Part shown: positions 1-13,075 of the stretch, piece by piece
Layout: each line of letters begins with the position of its first letter
How positions within the stretch are numbered: position 1 is the stretch's first letter
Source of the DNA: Daphnia carinata
Lineage: Eukaryota
Assembly: GCF_022539665.2 (NCBI RefSeq)
Contig: NC_081333.1
Coordinates: 9,362,001-9,426,000 of the forward strand
Direction of reading: 5' to 3'
DNA length: 64,000 nt
Program-made: the position numbers and the translations under genes
The notes under the pieces: model-generated
Seen by the model: only the letters and a program-made list of their open reading frames with translations
What the model was told of the DNA's origin: nothing
The model's database searches: none

Positions 1-1763
1 AGAAAAAAAGAAAAAGAAAGACGGATGGTGGCGATGACTCATGTGGCTTGGCAGAGAGCCACACTATTTCGTCTATATGGTCATGTGTCTGCGTGTGTAC
101 AAGTTGATGGGTTCCTTTTTTTTTTTTCTTTTTCAAATGCACCGGCATTTGCATCGACCGCTATATTTCCCCCGCTCGCATCTGACTATTTTCGTTCACC
201 TCTTGCCAGTGTGTTTGCATCAACGAACGAAACAAAACATGCCCGCAGAGGACCAAATAGAACACAAAATATTAAAAAGAATAAAACCCTTTCAAAAAAA
301 AAAAAGATGTGGATAAAAACGGGAAAGAGACTGCGGTTATAGGTTACAATGATCGGGAGCGGTCGCGCGCACGCGCAATGTTCTTCTTTCCTCATTTTGA
401 AAAAAAAAAAAGGAAGAAATAGCGGGCTTACATAAATTTTCGTGCTATGAGATATAGGCGTGTCTGTTATTATCCAACCCACCGGTGTGGTGGCCTGAAA
501 CGAAACACACACACCACCCCCCCCCCTCCAGAAAGAAGTAACTGTATGGTACATTTACAACCCTGCGAGATGATGAAACACCGCTGCCAGGTATTTCTTG
601 CAGCAGCCCCCCCACCAGGTGAAGCCAAGAGATCGTGTGACGCAGTGGCCCGCAAAAAGCCATCATCAGCTGTTGATCTTCTTTTGCTTTTTTTTTTTTT
701 CATGTTACACTTGTACATGTACAACTTGAATTCATGATTCTTTTCTTCTCGACGCCAATTCGGCGAAGTCGACTTGTTATACGCTTTTATGCTAATCGCA
801 GTTCGTCTTATTTTTTTGTGAAGCGTTTATTCGAAGTTTTTCCACGTTATTTCGTCCAGTCTTTTATTTTTTGACCATAAGAGTACCGCAATGGTTATTA
901 GGACTGCTGCTGTTAGAGCCTTTATTCGTTTTTGCCTCTTTTGTTTTTAAAAAAAAAAAAAAAACCTAAAAATGTTTAATTTATTTTGTGTTTCGTGTGC
1001 GCACGAAGAGAAATTAAACATTCTCTTTCGTTTGAACGACCTTTAGTTGTTCAGGAAAAAAAAAATTTCATCGCCTCGGCATCCGCCCTTTTGAAATAAA
1101 ATTTCATTTTCTTCCAAAAGAGCAAACGAAAATAAAAACGAAAACCTATTAAATAGCCACACACTTTCTTTTGGCGTGTCTTGTTCAACACAAGCCTTGC
1201 CATTTCCAAAAAATGTCTATCCATTTTTTTTGTTGGTTTCTTCTCTTTTATCCAAACACACATTTCGATTGGTAAAAAGCGAAAGGAAAAAATCATATTT
1301 CGTTTTACAAGCGTGAGAACGCATTTCCTTCCCTTATGCGTCACACAGTTTTCCACTGTCCCTCTCATCGGCATTATTCATAAATCAAAAAGAACGAGAA
1401 GTTTGAAAAAAACCCTCATCTTTTCCTCAATCGTCGCTCTATCAACTGCGTTTTTCCCCCTACCATTGTGACGTGAGGTCATCACTCGAATTGCATATTT
1501 ACGCTGTACCCCCGCTTCTAATACGACTCCAACTCTCGTATATAAACATTTGCGTGCACGCACTAATGACAGATTACTCTTTTGTTACCGACTTTCTACA
1601 GGGCCTCTCTCTCGCCCACACACACCCGTCTTATTGTTTAAAAACAATTCCACTCGGACAACCCCATTGTCTTCTCTAAAAAAAAAAAAAAAAAAAAATT
1701 CCTCCTTGATTTTTTACACACCTGGGATTGACGTCGTCGATTCTGCCTGTTTGAAACGCCGTC

Positions 1764-4711
1764 ATGGAAACGGCCGCTAATGCCGGAGCTGGCGGAGCAG
1801 CTGTAGCTCCGCCTAGATTGGCGCCAGTTAGCGGCGTCCTCAGCCAGGTAAAAAAAAAAAGAACGTTTAAAATATCTTTATATTCAAGTGACTGTGTTAG
1901 TGGAAAAATCAATCAAACATTTCCTTGGATCCTCCGAATTTTGTTAGACACGAAAATGAAATTGTAAAAAATGCATTTTGAAAAAAAAAAAAATATTTTC
2001 AGGGTCAAGGTGTGATCAAACCGATCGCTTGTCGGCCAATTGTCTCGTCGGCGAACACGACACCCATCCTGGGCAACCGCTGTCTTAATAGCAGCAGCCA
2101 ATCGGTTGCCCAGCAACAACAAGCGGTGACGTCATCGCCAGCCGGAGGTGCTGGCCTCAGTAATAACACGACGACAAACAATAACAACATCAACAACAAC
2201 AACAGCGGTCGTCATTCTTGGGGTCTGTACAATAGCACGTCCGATTTGCGGTGCTCCGCCTTGTCGACCGGGCCGGCCCAGCAGCAGACGCCCACCTCCA
2301 GAGGGCAACCTCACTTGCAGCGTTTCTCTTGGAGTAAAGGACCGCACGTTGAACTGTCAGAAATGGGCACGCTGTGCGCCCGGCCGGCAGCAGCAGCACA
2401 ACAAACGGCAGCGCCGCCTTCCGTACAGCAACAGCGCAAGCCGGACACGTCCCTTAGCGGACGTGCTTGCGATTCATCGCCCAGTATTCAACACCAAAAT
2501 AAAGCGACAGCTGGCAGTATAACGAGCATCAACAGCATTAGCAGCACAGCAGCCGGCCAACAGGCACAGGTCGGACGTGTGGCGGATTTGAGCCGTCGTT
2601 TCGGTGGTTCCTTATCCAGCGTCGCCGCTCCGCCCAACTCGCCCACGCAGATCCGTCAGCCGCCGGCGTATCGGCCGCCGCCCTCTTCGTCGCGCTCCTC
2701 CAGTAAGTCATTTCCCTTCCCCCTTTTTTTTTTGTTTTGTCCTCATTGTAAATGATTGATAAAATGTAGTTTTTATCGCACAATGTTTGATGACGTTAAT
2801 TGATTTTTCCAAACTGTTTCTCCTCCCTCGAAAAATGGGCGCAGTCAATAAAGGTAGCAGTGGCGTATTAGGTGTGGCAGGTAACAATAGCGCAGGAGTC
2901 ACCTACAGCAGTTCCGAATTGCATTTGGATCGAGTTTCATCGTTGCAGCCGTTCAATTGCGCAAGACCAGGTGTGCCCAATGGAACCTCCACGCCACAAT
3001 GGGTCCTCGGCGGCTCTGAAATGAACCTCAGCAGTTTGGCCAGGTAAATATTTCTCGTTTCATTCAGTGTTTAAAAAAAATAAAATCAAACCGTGTGTGT
3101 TATTTTTTCAGATCGACTTTGCCACGTCATTCACATCAACAACAACAAGACGCAGAGAACAGCGGACTGTTGGGTCTGAGCAAGAACAACAAAGGTGGAC
3201 TTTTACTCAGCGCCTACGACCCGCTTCATCATCACTCATCGGCCGGAATCCATCATCACGGCTCCATGATGAGCTGCAATGGCAGCCGGAGCAGCTGGGC
3301 CGGCTTGCCATCCGTATCTAATAATAACAACAACAACAATAACAGCAGCAGTGGCAAAGGTTCGTCGCTCACCAACAGCACCATGAGCAGCAACGGCAGC
3401 AGCACGACGTTGCTGTCGACGTCGTTCGAGCGTCGCGGAGAAACCGATGGAGCTGTCACGCCTGTCGTCGAGGAAGGAAGAATTCGTTCCATCCTGGGAT
3501 CGAATTGCGTCATCAGCAGCTACGGATTGCAAAGGATGCGGAAGCAATCGACGGGCTCCTCGCTGGACGAGGATTTCGATTGCTGCGATGGAGGCGACAA
3601 CTCGCAAGCGGACGAAACTCCGTCGCCATCCGATTCGGGCGTGGCCGAACTGGAAGTGCTACTCAAAGAGAAGGACTGCGAAATCGCGCTGCTCAGGGAG
3701 ACGCTGGAACAGAACGAGGCCGTCATCTTCCAGGTGTACCAGGAGAAAGAGAAAAGTTGGGAGCGCGAACTCAAGAAATTAAGATCCATCTATGAGGAAC
3801 GCATGAGAGCTGCCCAACAGCAATCATCTCAAGCCGAACGTCAATTACAGGTACTAGCGTACATATTCTTTTCTTTTTTTAAAAAAAGCATAAATCATTT
3901 AGCGAAATGTTATTGTTTAAGACTCAGGCGCAGCAATGGCAGTCGGATCGGAAACAGTTGAAACAGCAGGTGCAACAACTGAAGAGCCAGTTAGAGCAAG
4001 TGCAGTCGAGGTTAGACGAGACGTCATGGACGCTTTGCCAAAAAAGCGGCGAGATGGCCTTGCTCAAATCTCAGCTGAAAGAATCGCAAAACGAGCAGAG
4101 TCAACGGTGCCAGGAAATGGCCAAAATGCGAGCCCAGCTGAAGGAGTCTCAAGAGCTCGCGCACAATACCAGACAAAGGCTGGAACAAAGCATGACTCAC
4201 CAAAAGCCATTAGATAACAGACGTAGTATCACGTCGCCAATCTTGTCCGCTCGCAAACTGATTGGCGAATCCGAACCGAACGGCACGTCCTCCACCATGA
4301 GCATGGCCGAAGTGCAGCGACTCCAGCGGCGAATTATTGAGCAACAGCAGAGCATGGAAGCTGAACGACAGGTAAAGTCGTAAATCATGATTTCAATGTC
4401 TGACTATAAAAGTCATTTTTGCCTTTTCATGTTTCTCTTTTCAAATTGTAAAGGTGTGGCACGAGGAGAAGGCCACCGTCTTGGTTTATCAACGTCATCT
4501 GCAACAGCAGTACGTCCAGGCCATGAAGAGAAACCAACAGTTGGAAGAAGCGTTGGGTTTGTTGGGCATCACGGGCGTCCCTTCTTCTATGGGTCAACAA
4601 CAACAAAAACAACCGCCCATGTCGTCACCAAAATCCAATTGCAGTGATCCCATCACCATCGATCTGGATTCGTCCAGCAACAGTAGCAGCACGGGCGAAA
4701 CCCACTGCTGA
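1764..4711 (+). CDS. LZTS2: Leucine zipper putative tumor suppressor (LZTS/ProSAPiP1, Fez1 coiled-coil) family protein; 6 coding exons
   Basis: Phase-consistent GT-AG exons: 1764-1847, 2003-2702, 2845-3043, 3112-3850, 3922(or 3928)-4371, 4454-4711. LZTS-type motifs: PPRLAPVSGVL..VIKPIACRP, PSPSDSG, ETLEQNEAVIFQVYQEKEKSWERE, LDETSWTLCQKSGEMALLKSQLKESQ and WHEEKATVLVYQRHLQQQYVQAMKRNQQLE. The paralog number is nominal. Confidence 0.85.
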
Positions 4712-5674
4712 GCTGTTTCCACTATTGAGTGCTTATAAACCCCCTTCAACCGTCAATATTAATCGAATATAAACTAATACGTTATTTTAAAATCAATAAT
4801 CCCAACCACCATCCTGCACCCGAGAGCCAAGCTTAACTGTAACCATTTATCGTTTAAGGTATACTGTATCATATAATACATAAGAAATATCCTTATAACT
4901 TTGTATTAACCATTTCGGGTCTATATATGTAATCAATGGATAAACTAAAGTATTCGACAGCTCCTATTATAGCACCCAGTTTTATCTTTAATTAAACATA
5001 CATTGTAACGACACACACGCAAAGCTGTTCTGTCGTAAGTGAAGAGACGGTGATATTTAAACATGTATACTTTGTACCCCCCCCCCCCCCCCCATTTGGC
5101 GGACGTAATTTTTTACCGGAAGAACGGCCGATTATTATTCCGTTCTATTTCCTTTTTAAACTATTAGCCTACACATTATGCCAAGTACTGTTTCGATTCT
5201 TTCTTTTACGCTATACCAAGTTTGTATTGCATTTTTTTTGTTTGACAACCCTATGTCATGTGTAAAATATAGCGAACGTTAACCAGTTGATTTCCAAAAG
5301 GATAGATAGCAGATGAAAGAAAAAAAATGTATATTTCTTACTTTTTGTTTTCTCAACGGACATTGGAAAAATGAAAATGGACCTTGTATTTTGTGTCCCA
5401 CCAGCTTTACGTGACAAATAAACGGATATGCGTGACATCCTTTAGCAGAATAATGTGATATATCGCACCGCATTTAGATTCGCCCTTCTCACAATATTTG
5501 AATAGCCAATTTTGTGACGCTTTTTACCTTTCCTCTTGAAAAAGGAGGCGTGTGAATACCATGACAGGTACCAAACCGAAAGTGTTGTGAAGAGGGGGCA
5601 CCGAAGAACACGGGAAAGCTTGAAGGCCATCCTTGGATTGGCCACTACTTTCAGTTGTTACCTTCTTTATTCTT

Positions 5675-5927
5675 TCAAATTCCAGTAAATCCGATTGGGT
5701 TGCAGTAGGCGACAGCCTGACATCACCGGAAACGAATCGAATCAATTAAATTTTGTAGACACATACAAAGTGAAAAGAAAAAGTAACTCTCTTCATTTCT
5801 GTCGCTTTAATCTTCAGCTCTAAAGCTGAGCATTCTCAAGATTTTGAATGGTTGGACGGACATAGCTGGGCATTACTGCCTCTCCTGTGTAAATGAAAAT
5901 CAGGACGAAGATCAAGATTAAACGCAT
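5675..5927 (-). pseudogene. Degenerate third copy of the SapA-only microprotein gene
   Basis: ATG at 5927 reads MRLILIFVLIFIYTGEAVMPSYVRPTIQNLENAQL*, i.e. a signal peptide plus PSY...QNLENAQ (compare GPSFWC..ENAEKC). The Cys/Trp core is missing and TAG falls at 5822-5820. A 42-nt last exon (5716-5675, AVAYCNPIGFTGI*) follows a cag acceptor and matches the length and pattern of the paralogs' last exons. Confidence 0.6.
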
Positions 5928-6257
5928 CTTGGAAACTAAGGACCAAACAGGGAATTTCAATACATCACTACTGTAGTTCGTAGTGATGTGAGCCTCGCAG
6001 ACCTAAACTTTTATTGAACCAAGGCTATCCTTTTGAGAGCTGTAAAAGTTAATTACGCTATAGTTTATGCAAGGCCATGTATTATTAACTCACCCCTCAT
6101 CAACGAAAAGGCCAAATTTATGCACCTTAAAAAAAATATACCATTTAAAGTGAATCACGTGAAAACAAAAGTGGGATAACATTCGTGTTTCGTAAAAGTG
6201 AAAATTGTCACGAAGCCAAAAGCGGAGAAAATTCAACCAGGTGTGCGTAATTATCGT

Positions 6258-6603
6258 CTAAGGAGTCTTCCATCCGACGGCATTGCAATGTTGAATAGCC
6301 TGTTATAACCATACATTACAACAACAAGAATTCAGGTTTAATTAAACGATGCAACAGGTAACCTACCCCCGGGCCACACTTTTCAGCGTTTTCACGACTG
6401 GCGCACCAGAAAGATGGTCCCCAAGTGCACGGCTCCTTCCCAACCACGTTTTTCTCAGCCACTAACGTGATTGTTAAAGAATCGATTGCACAATAAAACT
6501 CATTATTGCTGAAAAAAATTGCTTTTCTCAACAGTAAAATGTATTTACCGATGAAGGCGATAACAAGGACGAAGCAAAACAGGATCATCCACAGAGAGCG
6601 CAT
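6258..6603 (-). CDS. Small secreted stand-alone saposin A-type (SapA) domain protein, 63 aa
   Basis: Exons 6603-6549, 6461-6367 and 6299-6258 (GT-AG, phases 1 and 0) give MRSLWMILFCFVLVIAFIVAEKNVVGKEPCTWGPSFWCASRENAEKCGPGAIQHCNAVGWKTP. This fits the SapA pattern G-x3-C-x-W-G-P-x-x-W-C-x8-C-..A-x-x-x-C-x4-W. Confidence 0.85.
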
Positions 6604-7269
6604 TTCTGTTTTTGTGAACAGACGATTGTCAACTATATGAGTCTTAACGAATTGCCTCGTGTCCTAAATATGGCTGTTGAAATATATAACACATGCGCAC
6701 TGCACAGACCTGGCACACCTGTTATTGCGATTGATGTATTCTGAGCGGGTGCCAGCACACGGAATTTTCTAGATCCCCTAGTTTAGGTCATGACGCAAGC
6801 GTGACATGTGCCACATGTTGGTGTTAAATGATCGTATATCATCACCGAATTCATATTTATCATATGAAGTAAAAGAATACTCAATTCAAATAAAAACTAT
6901 GAATATATATTAGCTGGGCATTCCTACTGATTCAGCAAGCAACATGTTTACAGAGACAGAGGCGAGATATCGGCTCGTGGACGCTAAGAAATGAGGGATT
7001 TTTTTTAGGGTTTTAAGAGAGGAAGTACAACGAGCAGTTCGAATGAAATCAACAGTCTGTAAAACTTAATGACCAAGATAAAGCAAATAATGGAATAACA
7101 ACAAGGTGCGTGTAGCGCGTTTCCAGTTCAATATAGGCAACATGTTTCACTTTCTCTAAATTTGGTACGAAGCTAATAATTGCCCACTATCTTCCATATA
7201 AGGACATAACAAATAAAGATAACAAATGAAATAATAAAACTCGTTTTTCTCTGCTGGAAAAGTGTCGTC

Positions 7270-7623
7270 TTATTCGACACTCCAGTTGACGCTCTCGCAG
7301 TACTTGATGGCCTATTACACATATCCCAGATGAAAGAAAGAAAGAGAAAAATACATTAAAAGTCTAACGTCTATCAGAAAACTGCTTTAAAGCTATCGTT
7401 TTACCTCTACTCCACATTTTTCTGCGTTTTCATAACTGTGGCACCAGAAAGACGGGCCCCAAGTACATGGATTTCCACCCACAGTGACGATATCTTTTGC
7501 CTCTACTTTAATAGTTTATGAAATGCCAAATAAATAGTGAAATAATACGAAACAAGAAGTGAATAAGTTACCAATAGAGGCGAAGACCAAAACTAAACAG
7601 ATGAATATTAAGAAGTAACGCAT
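7270..7623 (-). CDS. Small secreted stand-alone saposin A-type (SapA) domain protein, ~63 aa (tandem paralog)
   Basis: Exons 7623-7572, 7502(or 7505; NAGNAG acceptor)-7405 and 7311-7270 give MRYFLIFICLVLVFASI(V)EAKDIVTVGGNPCTWGPSFWCHSYENAEKCGVEAIKYCESVNWSVE. Intron positions and phases match the 6258-6603 copy. This gene is not visible in the ORF track. Confidence 0.85.
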
Positions 7624-8148
7624 TTTGTACGACTGATGGATGCGAACTGTGACAGCGGGATGACAACTTGATGTACACTACCCGTTTTATGGCAGTTAGT
7701 GACGCACCCTTCCATGAATCATCGTTTGAAACACCTGCATTTTTTTTATTGCTTAGGACGACATTCACATAAACGAAAACCGGTATAGACTTTTCCGGCA
7801 TTTTAAACAAATAGTGGGTATGCGTCATACGTGCCATACAGCCCAATTTAAGCTAGATTTTTTGCATTGATAAGCACCCCGTAGCGTTACTGTATGCACG
7901 TTTTGAATTTCATCATCTTCACACAATAAATGTAAAAAAAATCTTGGAAATTTTATTTTTGCCTACGCGCATTTGCAGTGGGGTAGTACGTTGCTCTATT
8001 TGGTTTTTTTAAAGCTTCCCATCAAACCATTGTTTTCCGTTAGTAAAAACATTCCCTGATAAAAGTGTAAGTTACATACGTTAATAACCTTTACCTTGTT
8101 TAAAAAGATATGATGGAAAAGAAAAAAGAAAAGAAGGGTTAGGGAATC

Positions 8149-8303
8149 TTCAAACTTTAAGTAACAAGCGGCAACGGCGCACGTTCAAATTCACACCAAT
8201 AGGAAGCAGCATAGCGTTGAGCCAACCGTAGCACCCGACTCTACACGTTTTCAAATAGGCAACGACATAACTGAGTTCCAAGTCGGTGTGTGAGCATCAA
8301 CGG
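8149..8303 (+). promoter_or_regulatory. Putative G2/M-type promoter of PRC1 (CHR, MYB and CCAAT motifs)
   Basis: TTCAAA (reverse CHR) at 8149, 8184 and 8250; YAACKG MYB sites at 8172, 8268 and 8298; CCAAT at 8196. All lie within ~235 bp upstream of the PRC1 ATG. Confidence 0.5.
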
Positions 8304-8382
8304 TTTTGCTAGTGCTGCAGCTAGTGTTTTATAAAAAAACTAGCAATTTTATTAGTTTTCGCGCTACAGGATTTTAATCAAG

Positions 8383-11318
8383 ATGTCTGTTGACAAGTAA
8401 GTTCTGTAACCCCATTTTTCTGTTGTTATAAGTTCATTTATTGTTCTAGAACTAAAACTTGTTGTTCGACCTAAAGAGCGTTCGAGGAGGAATTTTTAAG
8501 AGAAGGTACTGAAGTCTTAAAGCATGTAATTCCAAAAATGGTACAAATATGGAAGCAGCTGGGCTTCCCTACAGCCAAAATACAGGAAAGGTTTAGGACA
8601 GCAGTTTCTCATCACAAGGTAAATTCAGAGGTTGCTTGACCCTAGATAGAAGATTACATCTAAAAAATTATTTGTTGATTTCAGGAACTTTGGGATTCCA
8701 TGCTTGAAGAAGAACAAAACAATAAGAAAAAAATTGTCAGCACCATTGATCGTCTGGGAAGGCAGCATCACCAACTGTGCAAGGAATTGGGCACACATTA
8801 TAGAGAATTTGGTGATGAAATCCCTCTTTTAGAGATGGAGAAACTGCTCCAAGAAACCCTAGCTGGACTCAATAAAGAAAAAGAAGAAAGAATGAAGTCT
8901 GTAAGAGCTTTGTTTCATGAAGAAGATAAGCTCTGTGCTAGGCTGAATGTGGATCCTTGTTCATTGAATCGAGATCGTATCCCTACATCTGATCAATTCA
9001 ACATGTTACAGGAGTTAGTTAACAAACATAAGATGGAAGTTGTTACCAGGTAAAAATAAATTTTGGGTGCTTAATGGCTATACTTTACAATGAACAGATG
9101 TTAACCTAAAACATTGATTTAGGCAAGGACAATTTGTTACAATGAGGGACTCTATCAAAAATTCCATGGCGGAGTTGGAGATGTCAGCCCGTTCCTCATT
9201 TGAAATGGATCTTCTCGTAAGCGATCCCCAAAGCATTTCCTTGTCAGATGCTGACATGAACAAAATAAAGGTGTGAAAAGAAATAGTTACGCTGTGATTC
9301 ACCGAACCTTGAATCTTTGAATTCTATTTAATCTAGGAAATACAACAGGGATTAGTTTCACGAATTGAAAAAAATAAGCGCAAAACGGCGGATCTTTGGT
9401 CTGTCATTGAAACTTTGTGGGATAGACTGAACATTGAACAAGATGTCCGGCAAATTCTTCACATGCAAAATCGAGGTTCTGCACCTTCGACCATTACATC
9501 GGTACGTTATAAGAACCAACTAGGTTTTGAAAATACTAAAGTAAACGATTGGTTTTCAGCTTGAGAAGGAATTGGCTCGTCTTGAAGAGTTAAAACGACA
9601 AAACATTGAACGTTTTATCCACGCTGTACGCCAAGATTTGATAAGCTGGTGGGATCGGTGTTATGTTTCCGACGCTGAACGTCGTAACTTCACTCCGTTT
9701 TATGCCGAACTTTACACGGAAGATCTGCTAGAGCTCCACGAAGCTCAAGTGGAAAGATACAAGGAGCTTCACACAACACATAAAGACATCTTCCAAAAGG
9801 TAACATCACGTTGTCTTTCAAACGCTTTATTCTGGGTATACTCACGGTCGTAATGCTTAAGGTGCTCCATCGTGAAAACCTTTGGAAGAGGATGGAGGAT
9901 ATCGAAGCCCGTGGAAGGGATCCGTCAAGGCTGTTTGGCAATAGGGGTTGTGCTCTCCTCCAAGAAGAGAAAGAGCGCACAAAGATAATGAAGGTAGTGG
10001 AGATATTTCTTAAAAGTTGGAGCCATTCCAATTAATTTGTCGGAACCGATTTTCTTTTTAATTAATAGGAACTTCCTCGTGTCGAGGCACAGCTAACGGA
10101 ATTATTAAATAACTATGAGCGGACTCATGGTCATGTGTTGCAAATTAACGGCCAGGACTACCGCCAAGTAGTTATCAACCAGTGGGTACTGTACGAAGAG
10201 CAAAAAGAAAATGAGAAGCTCCAGCGGGTAATTTCTACAGCAATAAATCTCTGCAGAATCATTTGTTTAAATCTTGCATTATTTGTTCAATGCAGCAAAG
10301 AGAGCGGGCCGATAAATTGGTAGAAGAGGCAAAAGGTGGTGCCAAACCGAATACCCCAATGAAACGCCGTTTGGGGACTACCGCCGCCATTCGAACCCAA
10401 ATGGAGTCGCCTAAAGCGAAACAAAGGAAGCTGCTGATGCCATCGGTGAGATTTTCGTAATAAACATTATATTCATAGCTAGTCTGACCAAATGTTTCTT
10501 TGGAAAAGACGGCTCCTCAGCAACGTATGGGACCAGGTCGACGTATCCTGACAGAAGCAATGGTTAATCAGCTTCCACCGGGAACACCGAGTGATCATGA
10601 CGCCTCGGTCATGTCGACTTACTCGGTATTTACTGTAAGTTTCCAAGTATCCTACGACGTTCTCCTTGTGCATAATAATTATATGACAAATAACCTCTTC
10701 TCGTACTGTCCAACGCTTCCCTTGCGTCATAAATGCAGGAAAACATTGCTGCTCGTATACAGGGTGCCAGCTCGCCAAACCAAAACTATTGAAGATATAT
10801 CTATATTTTTTTTTATCAAGTAAAAGATCTTTTTTTCCTGAATCTCACGTAGTGTTCATGTTGAATCCTATGCACACCTCCCCCGTTTGAGCACTTGTAG
10901 TTTAGTCCTTACTAGTCATATTTCTTCCCTGTTTTGCCTTAGTTAGGCAGTAGTTTTAAGTAGTTGGAAGGGTTTACATTTATTTTGTGTTAGTACGTTA
11001 TTTATCTTTATTTCTCGTTTGTAGGAGACTTTACAAAAAGCCAGGCAGGCAAAATGCGTGAATTCGACAGTGCTGATGGAAAGCACGCCATCTTCTAGTC
11101 GAGGGAATGCTACGCCCATGACTGCTCCGCACCGTCGTAGTACACGTTTGGCTGCGGGGTCAACTCCGACATTGACGCCCCAATCTGCACGAACCCATCA
11201 CCCAATGTTTCGGCGTTCGAAATCCCATTCCATTATGCCTGCACCTCTTACCACCAAACTAACGCCTGCCCGATCCACCCCCAAACTTGCAATTCACAAG
11301 CGCCCTTTCCTTTTGTAA
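8383..11318 (+). CDS. PRC1: Protein regulator of cytokinesis 1 (PRC1/Ase1/MAP65; fascetto-like), multi-exon
   Basis: First exon 8383-8396 (MSVDK), then IWKQLGF, LWDRLNI, ELARLEELKRQNIERFIHAVRQDLISWWDRCY, YTEDLLELHEAQVERYK, RGRDPSRLFGNRGCALLQEEKER and ELPRVEAQL, all MAP65/Ase1 hallmarks. S/T-P-rich basic tail; last exon 11025-11318; AATAAA at 11591. Confidence 0.92.
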
Positions 11319-13075
11319 AGGTCACTTTTTCATTTCAGTTTCGATTTTTTAAACTAATATTCATTTTTTTTTTTAATATTCAGCTGGCGGATTGGTAAAG
11401 ATTGTTTTTTGATGCTGGTGTGTTCTTGCACACAATATGTTGTACATAAATTTGCCTTCTTTCGCTGTTCCTTAATGTTAATTGATCAAACTAAGCTTTG
11501 CGCTGTAGTGTGCAGTCTCATTTAATTCGAAATTCGTTTTTCAGTTTATTAACAAATATTTCGTGTAATGATCATTAAACAAGGTTATGGAATAAAATAT
11601 TCGTAGTTTGCAATAATTTGTCTTCAAGGTTGACTTTCAATATGGAATGCGGTATTTTGATTACTCCCGTGAAGCTTACTGGCAGTGTAACTTGAAATGA
11701 AAAAAAAAAAAAAAAGATTTACAAATTCATTATATAAATTTTTTTTTAATTTGAAGCAAACTGTTGCATTGGCGATGCGTGAGATCCCATTTGACATTTG
11801 TATCCAGTATACTCGAGAATATGGCAGCCATTTCCTAAAAAAAAACATTAATCGCCTGTGAAAAAGAACAATTATAAAATTTCTTTAAAATCTAAGAAAT
11901 TTAATAAAGCCGGTTGCGATTCTTTTCTCTTTAGCGATTTGTGGGTCCTCAAAAGGACCCTTTAAAAAAAAAGGGGGATGACACAGAGATGGATGGACAA
12001 AGTCATATGGAAAGAGCGAAATGACAAAAAAATCGACATAACTGGAGCAATTTCAAGAGTTGTTTTTTTTTGTTGTTGTTGCATGAGGAAATAGAAAAGA
12101 CAAAATTTAAAAAAAAGAGGAAAAAGAATGCTTTCTGGAAACAAAATGAAAAGATGGAGGAACAAAAAAAAAAAGAGATGCAAAATCATTACAAATCACA
12201 AATCAAGTATATAACGTTCGATTGCAGCGAAATGATGAGGCTTTAAGGGTGGGGGGCGAGAGACACGATCCTTTGTTTGGAGGAGGAACTTGGGTTTTAT
12301 CACAATCCTCTTTAAACAAATTAGCGACTGGCAAGCGGCCCACACGATAGCCATTAACCACCGTTACTGACTTTGGGACATAAAACAAGTAAGAGAGAAA
12401 AAAATTTGGCATTCACACCGATGCTGAAAGATGGGGTGATTCTTACTAGATGAACAATGAGCATTCACACTCTTCTTCACATCCGACATAGCTTTTGTTT
12501 TTGTTTAAAAATAGAGGCTCGAACGCCCTAAATCTTCTGATCAAATACACATAGGTAGGGATGGGGTGATAAACACGCTTTGTACTCTACCATTATTTAC
12601 AATTTTGTAAGAAATTTTTCGACAGAGCGAGTGAGGATCAGCCAATTGACCATTTCTTTAGCTTAATTTTCTTTCCAGCTGACAAAGTTTCCCTGATGCC
12701 AGCAGCTTTGCGTTCTTGTCTCCTATTCAAAGGTTCGTCGTTTTCAAATCTATGGCAAAATTTTCTCTGGGCTAGACTATAGAAATGTGGTCTCCGCTGC
12801 AAGTTATACAAAGGTGACCCTCAATCGTTCGAACAAGAGGTGAGGGAGATGGTGGAGGGGATACAAACACTTTGATACTTTTTTAATTGTAAATTGTCAG
12901 CCTTTGTTCCAAAATCCAATTCAAATTCCAAGGTCTTTAACGAATGCACTATTCCGTTCGTTTTCTTTTTTGTAAAGAGAGCATTCGGTGGGGAAGGGGA
13001 TGGGGCGAGATGGAGGTGATGACGACGTGTGCTATGTGAGAGTAGGGTATATAGGAATTTGATGATTGTGCATTC

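Noticed and set aside
25..1760. Many 60-120 aa ORFs upstream of the LZTS-like gene
   Set aside because: They are poly-A/T driven (K/F-rich), have non-ATG or weak starts and show no motifs; this is intron or UTR sequence.
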